Assembly (NCBI RefSeq): GCF_963921235.1
Contig: NC_086097.1
Location: 156,614,001 to 156,678,000 of the forward strand
DNA from: Mobula hypostoma
Taxonomy: Eukaryota
Length of the DNA stretch: 64,000 nt
Direction of reading: 5' to 3'
Position numbers and translations under genes: made by a program. Every line of letters starts with the position of its first letter. The stretch's first letter is position 1. Positions 46,846-58,199 of this stretch are shown one piece after another. The notes under the pieces are model-generated. The model ran no database searches, was not told the DNA's origin, and worked only from the letters and a program-made list of their open reading frames with translations.

Positions 46846-47751
46846 TTAATAATCCCTTAGACCAGGCTCCAACTCAGCAAACTTCATAGTGGCCAAAAAC
46901 ACTGATGAATTGCGACCAATGTAACCTCTCATTTGGTTTTGTCCCGGACCACAATAACAAGGGTTGTCCCATTCCGACTCAGTTTTCTCTCGCAAGGGCT
47001 TAGTAGGAGGGGGATGGGTATTGACCGCAGTGTTATTGCAAAACTTCCTGCAGTACCCCACCATCTCCAAGAGCCTTCTGAGGGCCCTCTTGTCTGTCGG
47101 GGTTGGGAGGTCAGCGATAGCCTGCACTGTAGCTTGCATCGCTGCCAGCTGCCCCTGTGTCACCACAATTCCCAGGTAAGTGACCCTCGTGTGGCCGAAT
47201 TCATTTTTTTCAAGGTTCACTATCAAGCTGGCTTCAGACAGCCGTATTAAATTGCCAATACACACCTCTGTGTTCATCAGCCCTTTAGTCACTGAATTAC
47301 TCATTATATATGCATGTTCTTTACTAGGCCGCCCTATTGTAACAGACATCACCCAACATCCCAGTTCTTTGCATTTCCTCGGGACAATCAAACACACGGG
47401 TGCGAGTCGTTTAATTACTTCTTCTAAAGATTCGCTTTGTTCGGGGATTGAGGGAGAAACCTTATCAGTAGACCTGGCCAAAACAATAGCCTTCTCCCAT
47501 CTGATCGATCCCATACTAATCTTTTCAAAATGTTTTTTTTCTCTTATCAGGGGGCCCCTAGCTTCATTGATTTCCATGCTAACACCGACTAGGTTTGTTA
47601 TCATATCAAAAGCCAGTGACCGTCTCAGTTCGCGTCGGTCATGATCAATAACATTCTTCCCCCTGGGCAGCCAGTAAATCTCTTTCATGATTCCACCAAC
47701 TGTTTCCTCCAGCACCGCAAAATGTCCACCGGGGGGTACCTCGTGGGCCAT
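46846..47751 (-). pseudogene. Decayed pol mosaic: integrase Zn-binding N-terminus then RT palm/thumb relic
   Basis: AHEVPPGGH..IMKEIYW; KGLMNTEVCIGNL where YxDD is expected; VNLEKNEF..VTYLGIVV; PTPTDKRALRRLLEMVGYCRKF. Confidence 0.75.
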
Positions 47752-49715
47752 GTAAAAATCTCATCCCCATAACTCTTTTGCACCACCCCCCACTCCTCAT
47801 CTGCGGATACTGTACTTGATTTCCCTTTCTTCCTTAGCACTTCCTCCTCCGCACAATAGCTTGTCAAGGCTGTGTCAGAGAGAGCGGTCTCTGCCAAAAC
47901 CATCAGCCCCTCGTCTCGCTCCTGCGTCTGCACAAATTCTTTCCTGGCTACTGCTACGTCCGTCCCAGCTCCCTCACTAGCCCTTGTCTCACACAAGGTT
48001 GGCAGAAACGTTTCAGCTAAATTCACGATCGTGGGCCCGTGATGAACCTGTGAGTCCATGGGCAGGGCCTCAATGCTGGCAGGCTGACCTGTCAATCTCA
48101 CGACTGGGAACACGATTCCCCCGGCGAGGTCATTACCGAGCAAGACTTCCACGTCTTTCATCGGTAATTCGGACCTCACCCCGATCGTGACTAGTCCAGA
48201 GACCAGGTTGCTCTGTAAGTGTATCTGGTGCAAAGGGACTGACTCTGTCCCTTCCCCAACACCTTTGACCTCTACCTCCCCAGTCTCAGTCTCTGAGCTA
48301 AACTCTAATACACTCTTCAGTATTAGTGACTGACACGCTCCCGTGTCTCTCCAGATCCGCACTGGAACTGGTTTTAACCTCTCCTTCACTGACACCAATC
48401 CGGCCGAGATAAACCTCTCGCGCCCTTCCTGGACTTTTTCAGACCTGTCCTTCCCTAGCGGTTCGCTTAACAGCTCGATACAGCCATTCAAAATTTCCGC
48501 TTTTCCTTTCCCCGTCTCCTTCTTTGGGGCAAAGCACCTGGACGCAAAGTGTCCGACTTTCCCACAATTATAACAGACGACCCCAGGAGACTTCCGACCA
48601 GACTGCTCCCGGTCTACCTTATCCTTTTCACTAGTCCCCGGCTTACTTTCTGACTTTTCCGGCGGACTCTCCCCGCCGTCCTGACTACCCTTCTGGTAGC
48701 CTTTACTCGGGGCAAACTTCATTTTATGCGTCAACGCATACTCATCCGCTAACTTAGCAGTTGCGGCTAACGTGGCTGCCTCTTTCTCATCGAGGTAGGG
48801 TCTCATACCCTCGGGGACACAACCTTTAAGCTGCTCAATCAGGATCAGTTGTAGCAGTCTGTCATAATCCCCCTCTACCCCCTTCGAGGCGCACCAACGC
48901 TCACAATATGTCTGCATCTCACGGGCAAACTCCAAATACGTGCGGTCCCACTGCTTCCTCGCATTCCGGAACCTCTGCCGGTATGCCTCCGGGACCAACT
49001 CATAAATCCTGAGGATGGCCTCTTTCACCACCTCATACCTCTGGGCATCTTCCGCGGACAAAGCTGAGTAAGCTTCTTGGGCCTTCCCTTTCAGTACACT
49101 CCAAAGTAAAACAACCCACTTATCCCTCGGCCAGTCCTGACTTATAGCCACTTTTTTGAAATGGAGAAAGTACCGATCCACGTCGGTATCGTCAAATGGG
49201 GGAACCAGCCTAACCTCCTGGGCCGCCCGGCACCCTCCACCTTGGTTCGGCACGAGCCCCTGCTCGGCCCTTATCTTTAACTTCTCCAGCTCAAATTCCC
49301 TTTCCCTCTGTTTCTCCTCTCTCTCCAACTGTCTGTCCCTCTCTTTCTCTTCTCTCTCCAACTGTCTTTCTCTCTCTTGCCTTTCTACCTCTTTCTCTCT
49401 CTCCTGCCTTTCTAACTGCTTCTCTTTGTGTTCTAACTGCCGTACCCGGAACTCATGCTCGAGTCTCAGTTTTTCAAGCTGTACCTGTACCGCGTCTCCA
49501 GCAGGTTTTTCAATAGACACCACCCCCAACTCACCTTGGGGAAACACACCTTTAGATACATAGTGCTCTACAATAGCTCTGTGTATCTCCTCTCTCCTCA
49601 TTGTTGACTTCACCTTAGCAAGATTCAACCGTTTGGCCACAGCTATCAATTCCGATTTCCTGGCATCCTCTAATGCCTCCAAGGTCGGTGCCTTTATAAA
49701 TTCCTCAACCTCCAT
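47685..49715 (-). CDS. Gag-protease polyprotein: coiled coil, SCAN-like capsid, CCHC knuckle, aspartic protease
   Basis: 676 aa from ATG; PEAYRQRFR..LILIEQ..LADEY (SCAN-like), CYNCGKVGHFASRC, RDTGACQS, LLGNDL. Confidence 0.9.
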   Translation of the reverse strand: MEVEEFIKAPTLEALEDARKSELIAVAKRLNLAKVKSTMRREEIHRAIVEHYVSKGVFPQGELGVVSIEKPAGDAVQVQLEKLRLEHEFRVRQLEHKEKQLERQEREKEVERQERERQLEREEKERDRQLEREEKQREREFELEKLKIRAEQGLVPNQGGGCRAAQEVRLVPPFDDTDVDRYFLHFKKVAISQDWPRDKWVVLLWSVLKGKAQEAYSALSAEDAQRYEVVKEAILRIYELVPEAYRQRFRNARKQWDRTYLEFAREMQTYCERWCASKGVEGDYDRLLQLILIEQLKGCVPEGMRPYLDEKEAATLAATAKLADEYALTHKMKFAPSKGYQKGSQDGGESPPEKSESKPGTSEKDKVDREQSGRKSPGVVCYNCGKVGHFASRCFAPKKETGKGKAEILNGCIELLSEPLGKDRSEKVQEGRERFISAGLVSVKERLKPVPVRIWRDTGACQSLILKSVLEFSSETETGEVEVKGVGEGTESVPLHQIHLQSNLVSGLVTIGVRSELPMKDVEVLLGNDLAGGIVFPVVRLTGQPASIEALPMDSQVHHGPTIVNLAETFLPTLCETRASEGAGTDVAVARKEFVQTQERDEGLMVLAETALSDTALTSYCAEEEVLRKKGKSSTVSADEEWGVVQKSYGDEIFTWPTRYPPVDILRCWRKQLVES

Positions 49716-49790
49716 TTCTGCTGTTTGTCTTTTCTTTCTTTCAGGAATTTTAACCCAATCAATTTACTCCGTCCCAAATTTAGCGTTCAA

Positions 49791-49810
49791 AATCGCGGAC
49801 GAGAACCCCA
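49791..49810 (-). other. Primer-binding site, tRNA-Pro-like
   Basis: TGGGGTTCTCGTCCGCGATT 4 nt from the 5' LTR versus the tRNA-Pro PBS TGGGGGCTCGTCCGGGAT. Confidence 0.7.
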
Positions 49811-49814
49811 CTTA

Positions 49815-50676
49815 TGTTACGTACCCCGTAACTGGGTTGCCAAACCAGCAGAAATGGATCACTCAGTTGGAGTCTGGAGTACTAGAACTAAGAAAGTTTT
49901 ATTAAAGAAACAAGTAACACAGTAATCGAAAGGATAATGAATGCAACAGTTCAGCGATGATAAACACACATGTGCACAGAATTAAGATAACAGCATCAAT
50001 CAAGCTCTATCGTTGTCTAGGGGTAAATGACCAAATTTCAAAGTGACTCAAAGTTCAGTCCAGTTTAGTAGTTCAGTTCGCAGTAATCGTTGCCATGGCG
50101 ATGGACAACGTGGGGGAAGAGAGAGATAGAACAGGAACAACTGATCATTCAGACACTGCTTCACTCACAGACCGGCGAGATGGCTCACAAGCAGCTTTTG
50201 GGCGGGTCCTTGGTGATGTCACCTGAGGTCACCGACTGTGACCCCTCCTCCAGATGCGGTCGATCCTCTGCAGTGAACCCGGCACCCAGGCAAGGGCGGA
50301 CACACACTGGGTTCCCGCTGATCGTACCTTTCCATCCTGTGCATTGTCCGATACTTCTCACCAACTCGTGAGAGGCGTACCGCTTCCAGGGTCTCGTTAC
50401 CTCGGGTGGCGTGTGTGTCTGCCTTAGCGAACCGGTCCCTTTTTATCCCCCTGCTGGGGTATCGCCTGTCCATCACTTCAAACAGTTCAGGGTTCAAAGG
50501 GGGGAGCCGCTCCAGACAGCTCTCTCTCCCCCGTCCCTTCATTACACATCTCCAGACACTGCTCCATTGTTCCTTATCTCTCCTTCCCCTGAGGGCAGGT
50601 GGCAGACCACTTGCTGATGTCACTGATGCTAACCCAGGCCAGCAAACATCTTAATTTTATGTGTATTCTCGTCACA
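49815..50676 (-). repeat. 5' LTR (862 bp)
   Basis: About ten substitutions and one 15-bp indel relative to the 3' LTR (manual count). Confidence 0.95.
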
Positions 50677-50872
50677 CAACACACACAAAATGTTGGTGGA
50701 ACGCAGCAGGCCAGACAGCATCCATAGGAAGAAGCACGGTCGACGTTTCGGGCCGAGACCCAAAACATCGACTGTGCTTCTTCCTATGGATGCTGTCTGG
50801 GCTGTTGCATTCCACCAGCATTTTGTGTGTGTTGCTTGAATTTCCAGCATCTGCAGATTTCCTTGTGTTTGC
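50677..50872. mobile_element. Fold-back element made of two inverted Penelope-like 3' tails
   Basis: Arms acacacaaaatgttggtgga..gtcgacgtttcggg / aaacatcgac..ccagcattttgtgtgtgttgc; 15-bp TSD atatttgaagtgaag at 45807-45821 and 50873-50887. Confidence 0.88.
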
Positions 50873-51746
50873 ATATTTGAAGTGAAGTTATTTTTGCACA
50901 TAGCCAGCATTTTGCACCCGGCTAAAGCTCTCACATAGGAAAGAAATAGAAGACAAGTTAATCTGTCTTTGATAACTGCTCATTTAGAGATTAATATTAA
51001 CAAGGGCAGATAAAAAAAATTGTATCAAAAATAGAGAATGCTGGACAGGCCACACATATAGGTAGAAAAATAGAGCCAGCAGTTCAGTTTGGACCAATCA
51101 GACAAAGGGTCTCCAACCTGAAATGTTGACTTTGCTTTTGTCACACATTTGTGAGTATTTCCAGAATTTTTCATGTTATTTTAAATTTCCAGAGTCTGCA
51201 GTTTATTTTTGATTTTCTGATAAGGATTGCCTTGACTGCTCATTCTCAATGAGCTCTATCAGATATTTTGCCATCTACCTAAGCAGCCAGTATTTTGGTT
51301 TAATGTCCAATCTTAAACAATATCGTCCAGAATTTCTCAGATGATTCTAATGTTAACTGACAGTTTATAATCAAGTATTTTAGATGAGTCTGGAACTTGC
51401 TACTTTCCCAGGCCTGGGGGCTAGTGCACCACTCAGCTAAAATTATGTTTTATTAAATATTGCCTTATTTCCCCCAAGGTAACAATTTCTGTTGACATAG
51501 AAACCCTTTACCATCCAGGCACCACTACTAACTAAATTAATCGAGGATGGTCGGAGCCAATATGCTATGTTAACAACATCCATAAATGGTACCTTCATAT
51601 ACAGACTGTTTGTGCATCAGATAGGAGGACAGTGGCTGTCTCTGGAGCTATGAATGCTTAGTGAAGAGAAATGAATAAATGGAGACCATGAAAGCTTAGC
51701 AGAAATTTAACCTTTGTATGTATTTGCCTGAATATTTATTTCTCTG

Positions 51747-51747
<1 letters not shown>

Positions 51748-51785
<38 letters not shown>
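51748..51785. repeat. (TG)n microsatellite
   Basis: About 19 TG units. Confidence 0.97.
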
Positions 51786-51789
<4 letters not shown>

Positions 51790-52436
51790 CACATGTATGC
51801 ACACGTGCACAAGCTGGTAGGACAGAGTGAGATGAGGGGTTCAAGAGAGTTATCCATTTATTTTAATATTGTTCCAGCTATATATGGAAAAAGCCTCAAA
51901 GGCGTTGAGCATAATGACATGTAGCACAAGCCATAATCATTTTATGTTGAACAACAGAGGGCTGTATTCTATACAGCGTATTTCACACAGCTGTTAGCAG
52001 CCTCATTATACATGCAAGAATAATGATGTGTATTTTAAACACAAATAATGCTGTAGTCAAAGCAGGCCATAATTAAACTTACTAAAAGAGTTCCAGCTCA
52101 TTTTTTTTTGTGGCAGACATTACATTTTCTTTCTTTCATTAAGAAGCTGATTTACCTTCAATTGTAGACATAAAAATATCTTACTAAAGGACCATAAAGG
52201 ATTACTGTGGTAGTCTGTCTGAATAAATTGGATCCATCAGAATAGCACTTTAAGCTACATGCCAATATCATTCCGCCTTTTGAGAGGCAAATTAACACAA
52301 CCAAAGTTCAAAAAATTATCATGGGAGTTCATTTTCAGAAAATAAAACCATCTTATATATTTATGTCCTGATTTGTTCACCTTCAAAATATAGTTGCTTG
52401 TTTCAAATATTTTCTTTGTCTACTTACTTAGCTTAG

Positions 52437-52730
52437 AGGTGGCATGGTAGCTTAGTGGCTGGTGCAATCTGTAAGATTGGGGTCCTATTCCTGCCACAGT
52501 CTATAAGGAGCTTGTAAGTTCTCCCCAATGGGTTCCTCCATTGCTCCAGTTTCCTCCAACTTTCCAAAGACAGACTCTTAAAGTTCATGACTTGTGGCCA
52601 TGCTATGTTGGTACTGGAAGCATGGCAACACTTGTGTGCTGCCCAGCACAGACCTTGCTGATTTGACACGAATTATGCACTTCACTCTATGTTTTGAAGT
52701 ACATGTGTCAAATAAAGCTGATCTTTCTTT
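52437..52730 (+). mobile_element. tRNA-derived V-SINE-like element
   Basis: ggcatggtagcttagtgg head, ctataaggagcttgta, tgctccagtttcctcc core, aataaagctgatcttt tail. Confidence 0.65.
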
Positions 52731-53286
52731 CTTGCTCTGCTTTCTATCATTAAGCTCAAATTTGCTTATTATTCATTAGAAAAATCATTTTGGGATAAAT
52801 ATGTTGAACTTTGACTTCTATGAAGTTAACTTCAATTAAGCTAATTATTAGTAGTTGATTAAATGCAAATATTCTCATTTTGCTCACCATTTCTGTATCT
52901 AATTTCACCCTTCTGGGAGTTTATTCAGTATTCCGTTGTAATGCATGATATGTAAATTTTGCAAATTTAAATAAGATTACATGAAATGGTAGTTTTATTA
53001 TGATTAAGATTCACTGAGACTAAAGTTTCAGGGACGAAGTCTCATACCAGAATGTTGAGCACACAATCTAGCACAGGATAAAGGGATTACTGGACTTCAA
53101 ATGATATGCTAGCCTAAAGCTCATGTGTTTTCAGGGTGAATAGCAATCTACATTCACAACAAGAAACTTGAGAACAAGGAATCAGATACTTTATTTAACA
53201 AAGACAAATACAGGAAGATGCAGTATCAAACCTTAAACACTGAAATACCACCAGTGGTTTAACTTTTATATAATGCTCTAATGGGA

Positions 53287-54172
53287 AAGTTCAAAGCTCA
53301 AGGTACATTTATTATCAAAGTATGCATGCAATATACAACCCTGAAATTTGGCTCTTTACAGGCAACCATAAAACAAAGAAACCCAATGTGCAGAAAAAAA
53401 GCAAATTGTGCAAACAACAAAAGCAAGCAAACAACTGAAGTTTATGACAGTGAGTCCACAGCTATGAAACCAGTCATCCCTGTAGCCGATCCAGTTGCCT
53501 GTTAGTTGCAGACCACAGTCTCAGTTCAGCGCAGAGGTGAGTAAATCTCACAGAGTAGTAAGCTGAACCAGCAAATCTCTTTTCTCCAGCCCTGATATGC
53601 TGACCTTTTCAAACTGGCCTGGTGCCTAAATCATTCAAATCTTGGGTAATTTCTCACTCTTGGACCTGGGTCCTGCTGCTTTGGTATGTTCTCAGGCCTG
53701 GGACCGCCACCTCGATTTGGGCCCTACCTGACCTTTCCAATTCAGCCAGGTGAGTAAATTGATCAAAAGTTGGATTTCTCCTTACTCTCAGACTGGGTTC
53801 TGGGCCCTGTCGCCTCAATTTTGCCTCGCCTCCTCTTGCTCCTGCTGCATCAAATCCCCTTTGTCCACTCCAGCAATGTCCAAATATTGGCTCATTCTCC
53901 ATCTCGGGCCCGGGCTCCAATGCCTTGATTTGGCCCGCACACGTCATGCCACAATCATCCTGCACATTCGAGACTTCAGTTCACATTGCAAAAAGGCCAA
54001 GTTTTTCAGTCGGTTCAAAAGCTCAGTTCCAAATAGGAAGTTACAGGCTATTGTTTGCAGTGATTGTTTATCACAAAAAGTGAGAGTAATAAAGTAGTTA
54101 GTAGTTTCGTTTGTTTTGTTTGCTTCTGACAAGTAGTTGCTGTACTTCACTAGTGCCATCTTAAACTGGAAG
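53287..54172 (-). mobile_element. Non-coding non-autonomous retroelement
   Basis: Minus strand starts cttccagtttAAGATGGCac and ends gataataaatgtaccttgagctttgaactt. Confidence 0.6.
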
Positions 54173-54232
54173 AAGCGGAAGTGAATTAACTGTAAGTGTT
54201 GTCCACAGCCATTGCTGCTGATTGAGGTGAAC

Positions 54233-54505
54233 ACAAGAACAGAAGGAAACAGGAGCAGGAATAGGCTACCAAATCCTCAAACCTGGCCTACCATTCAATA
54301 TATACTTGGCTAACATTGGATGACCTTAACTCCCCACCCCCGTACCAGTTCCCAAGAACTGTCAAATAATCATTCAACTTATTACTTATTATCTAATCAT
54401 CCAGTCTCCGCCACCTTCCGTGGCAAATAATTCCAGGAATTCACTACCTTCTGAGAGAAATTGTTTATCTGTGCCTCAGATTTAAATGACTGACTACTCC
54501 AAGGA
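54233..54505 (-). mobile_element. CR1 3' end relic
   Basis: aacaggagcaggaataggc..ccattcaat tail; ggcaaataattccaggaattcactac. Confidence 0.65.
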
Positions 54506-56037
54506 AAATCATATTCAATCAATAACAATTGAAATTATTCATATACTGAGGAGACCTGGAAGATTTTAACAATGGAATCTGAAGATGTTGAGTATCTGCA
54601 CGACAATATTGGAAGAGATTAGCACGTGAGATCTTTCAATCATAAAGATGCTTAAATGAAATTTTTGTAGGAAGCCCTTAACCATTTACTGTGCTTAAAG
54701 AATTTGAAAAATAAAATCACAGTAAATGTTAACTTCTGAGCTGCTAACCAGCTGAACAAATGGCTTTGATGAAAGATCATGAACAAGAAATCGTTGCTCC
54801 TTGCACTTGTCTAACCCCAATAGAACAAATGTCACAAAGTCCAAATTCTAACCATGTGTGGGGCTTACAGTCCTGGGTGAAGCTAAGGACACCTGTACTT
54901 TGGTGTACCTGCATGAACTCCATTCAGTCTTCTGGGGCCATCATGGTTCCAATGGTTGCAGTTCATTCCTCTTCTTATTTTTTGGTATCTCTGTAACTTA
55001 TTCTCCTCAGAAATGCTTAATAACTCTTTGATTTTTTTTGCCATTAACTTGCACAAAGAGATAATATACAGTACCCAGTTATTCTTCTAGCCATCTTTGA
55101 CATGTGCGAGGAAATTAGAACTTTTGGAGGAAAGCTGCCTGTTCACAGATAGAACATGTAAGGTCCACACAGATAACACTTCCGGTTAGGATCAAACCTG
55201 AGTCTCTTGAGATGCGGGACAACAGCACTAACTTCTGAACCACTATGCTGTATATGCATTGCGTCATCTGGTGTTTAAGGTTTCTGCAAACCAAGAGCCA
55301 CAACACATTTTTCCAATGTGTACAGTCCTTTTCACTACACTCTTCACAAATCCTCCACTGTGCTATGATACAATACATAGAGAAGACTATATATTAATCA
55401 CTTTTGCAATCAGATTTACAATATAAATCATCAGAAAATATTTTGTATTGTGCACAAACTTCAATAATCGTTAACTCTTCATATGGCAGTACTTGTTTTG
55501 TTTTCTCTTCTGAAATTCGGCTTGAAAAAGTGATTAGTTTTTCCTTAAATAATGGGAACTAATAACATAATTAATTCAGTCTTTTATTTGTTTGTATTTT
55601 TCGAGTACCAGCATGAATTATATAAGCTGCCTACACAGAACAGTAATTTTCTCTTCTAAACTCTTAAGCTTGTCTGTTTTGTTGCTTAAAATTAGATTTG
55701 TTCTTTCATAGCATATAAAGTGCTACGTAAATCAAGGTTTGGAAAATGGTGAATTCATGCATGTTCTGCAACATATCCATGTTGATATCGAGAGATGATT
55801 TTTACCATTGCTAACTTTAACTCAAATTCAAATATTTCTTTCTTTTATATATTCACTCTCTATTGGAGTATTTCCTTCCTTCTCTCTCTTGATCATTCCA
55901 GATTGAATCTAGTGGCTTTGCATATCATAAATCACAAATCAAACTGTCTTGTATGTCTACATTAAGCACATAATTTGAAAGCAAATCACATCAAACGTTG
56001 AAATGTATGGGCTCCGGCAGCAGAAGATCACAACATA

Positions 56038-56094
56038 CACTCTGTGGCCACTTTATTTGGTACATCCTGTGCCTAATAAAATGGCAACTGAGTG
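56038..56094. mobile_element. 57-bp Tc1-like mini-MITE (two TIRs only)
   Basis: TA-cactctgtggccactttatttggtaca / tgtgcctaataaaatggcaactgagtg; same TIR as at ~31019. Confidence 0.75.
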
Positions 56095-56546
56095 TTTATT
56101 TGATGAGCCTCAATGCACTCTGAAAACATAACGTTATCTATTCACAGCCAATGGCACAAAAAGCTGGCATATCAATTAAGAAACTGCCACCGCAACAAAG
56201 AGTTGCAGAACTAATCAAGTTACCTTTGCATGACTTCCCTTGAACTTTGAATTTGCAATTTGTTGATATCCTCTTAATTGCTATGTTTCTTCTCTGTTTG
56301 TCAGGAAAGCCAACAGGGAAATAAATAGATGAAGAGAGCAATCAAAGAACTATGGTCCAGCAGTTAGCATCACTCCTTGACATTGAATCAGCCTTCAAGC
56401 AATAATCTCATGCCATGTTTACCAAAAGAATTAATCAACCCTGCATTGATCCCAGGTGATATATACTGATCAAGTTTTTTTTTGCTTCAATATATTCTTT
56501 TCTTTTGCAAATGATGGAAAGAAAGATGGTTGATGGTTGAGTGCTT

Positions 56547-56685
56547 CACAAACATGAGAAAATCTGCAAATGCTGGAAATCCAAATCCAAGTCCTAAAGA
56601 AGGGTCTCGGTCCAAAATGTCATCTATTTACTTTTTTCCATAGAAGCTGCCTGACCTGCTGAGCTCCTCCAGCATTTTGTGTGTA
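56547..56685 (+). mobile_element. Penelope-tail-derived short element with inverted tip
   Basis: Reverse tail tip gaaaatctgcaaatgctggaaat then agtcctaaagaagggtctcgg..cagcattttgtgtgt. Confidence 0.7.
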
Positions 56686-58199
56686 GTGGTTGAACGTCTG
56701 GTCAGACAAACATATCTAGGATAATTTTGGTGACATTAAGAAAGCTGAAGTGGACAAAGACAGCAATAGTACACTAACTAGCCCATACTGTGATTAACCA
56801 CAAGTGGCCAGAGTAGTGTATTCAATGTTTCAGTAATATCTGAGTAATATTGTAAATATATTTTGATTAAGCATTCTTTTTCTGTTTACATGCTGTAATT
56901 CATCATGTGTTATACTGTATATAAAAGTATATCATTATGCATACCTCACTAAAGTAAAACTATACATACAAGAGCTATCCCTAGTTTCCCTGTTTCTCTT
57001 TCAATTAGTGTTTAGAGTTGCATAATGCATAACAGCCAATAGTATGGAATTCAATGGTATGGAATTCTTTTGCACTTTCTTTTAGATAAATATGTAAACC
57101 CAGTTATTTCAGTTATATAACAACAACTTTTCATGCACAGAAAAATAATTTTGCCAATTGTACTGATTACCAACTTTCTAAAATTAGATGAAAATGTACA
57201 AATTAAATCAGTGTGAAAATAAGTAAAAATAAGCAATGTTTGATTGATGAAAATATGATACTGGATGTGAGCTTTATTTTTTTGAATGTATGAAAGCCAC
57301 TGATGATATTTCTTTGAGTAAGGTTCTTTATTTTAAAGGTTAAGTCATATCTCTTTAACAATTTTCAATATCTCCTCTAAACCTCTGCTTCAAAAATATA
57401 ACTCAAACTGTTTTGGCTTCACTCATTTTCCCTCTGCTCTCAATCTAACAAGATGTTGACTTTAAAATTGCTAATCTTTTTCTCAACTTTTTCCATGTTT
57501 TTATTCTTTCATATCATTTATGATCATCTTTGCCACATTCATAATCCATTAAGATAGTTGTACTCCTCCAAATGTGACTTCATGATAATCACTGATTGAT
57601 GATTGTTCCACTTTCACTAGTTTTGATATTTTCCTTGTGATCCTCTTTTCATTGGAATTTGGCCATTTGAAATCATTCATAAAATATATACTTTTGATCA
57701 AGCTTTTGATACTAATAACTTATTAGCAGTAAGTGGGTATTAGATAGTGTTACATTTACACAGATCCAGTGACCCACCATTGTTTATAAAGACAATATTC
57801 TTTCTGTGAATACACTGGGTGCTGCTGATTTCCTTCCACGTTTCAAAAATGTGCCTGTTGATAGGTTCATTGGCTGTTGGAAATTGTTCATAGAAAAGGT
57901 AAGTCACAGGAGAATCAGTGCACAGAGTCAATGTGTACATACCTAGGAATATTTTATAAGGGAAATTAGTGGAGGTGTAGGACTATGGGAATGCTCTGAG
58001 TGTCAATGTGGAACTGAGGGCCAAAGGGCCCTCGTCATTAAAATAGAAATATATGGATCAGTTTTGGATCATGTGAAGTGTCTTGAGAGGTATTGCAGCA
58101 CTAACGATATGTGGTTGTGGTTGTCCTCCCTAAGTTGGGTCTGCTGTTCTTCTCATTGCTGACTTTTCTTTCAAAGTTACAATATTCAGTTAAAACTGG

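Larger units (their letters stand above)
45826..50676 (-). mobile_element. Gmr1-like Ty3/Gypsy LTR retrotransposon, non-autonomous (gag-PR intact, pol deleted/decayed), 4851 bp
   Basis: Two LTRs TG..CA, TSD CAAC (45822-25, 50677-80), PBS, PPT, domain order gag-PR-IN relic-RT relic. Confidence 0.93.

Noticed and set aside
47685..49715. Domesticated host SCAN/gag gene
   Set aside because: Sits between near-identical LTRs with PBS, PPT and TSD, so it is a recent mobile copy
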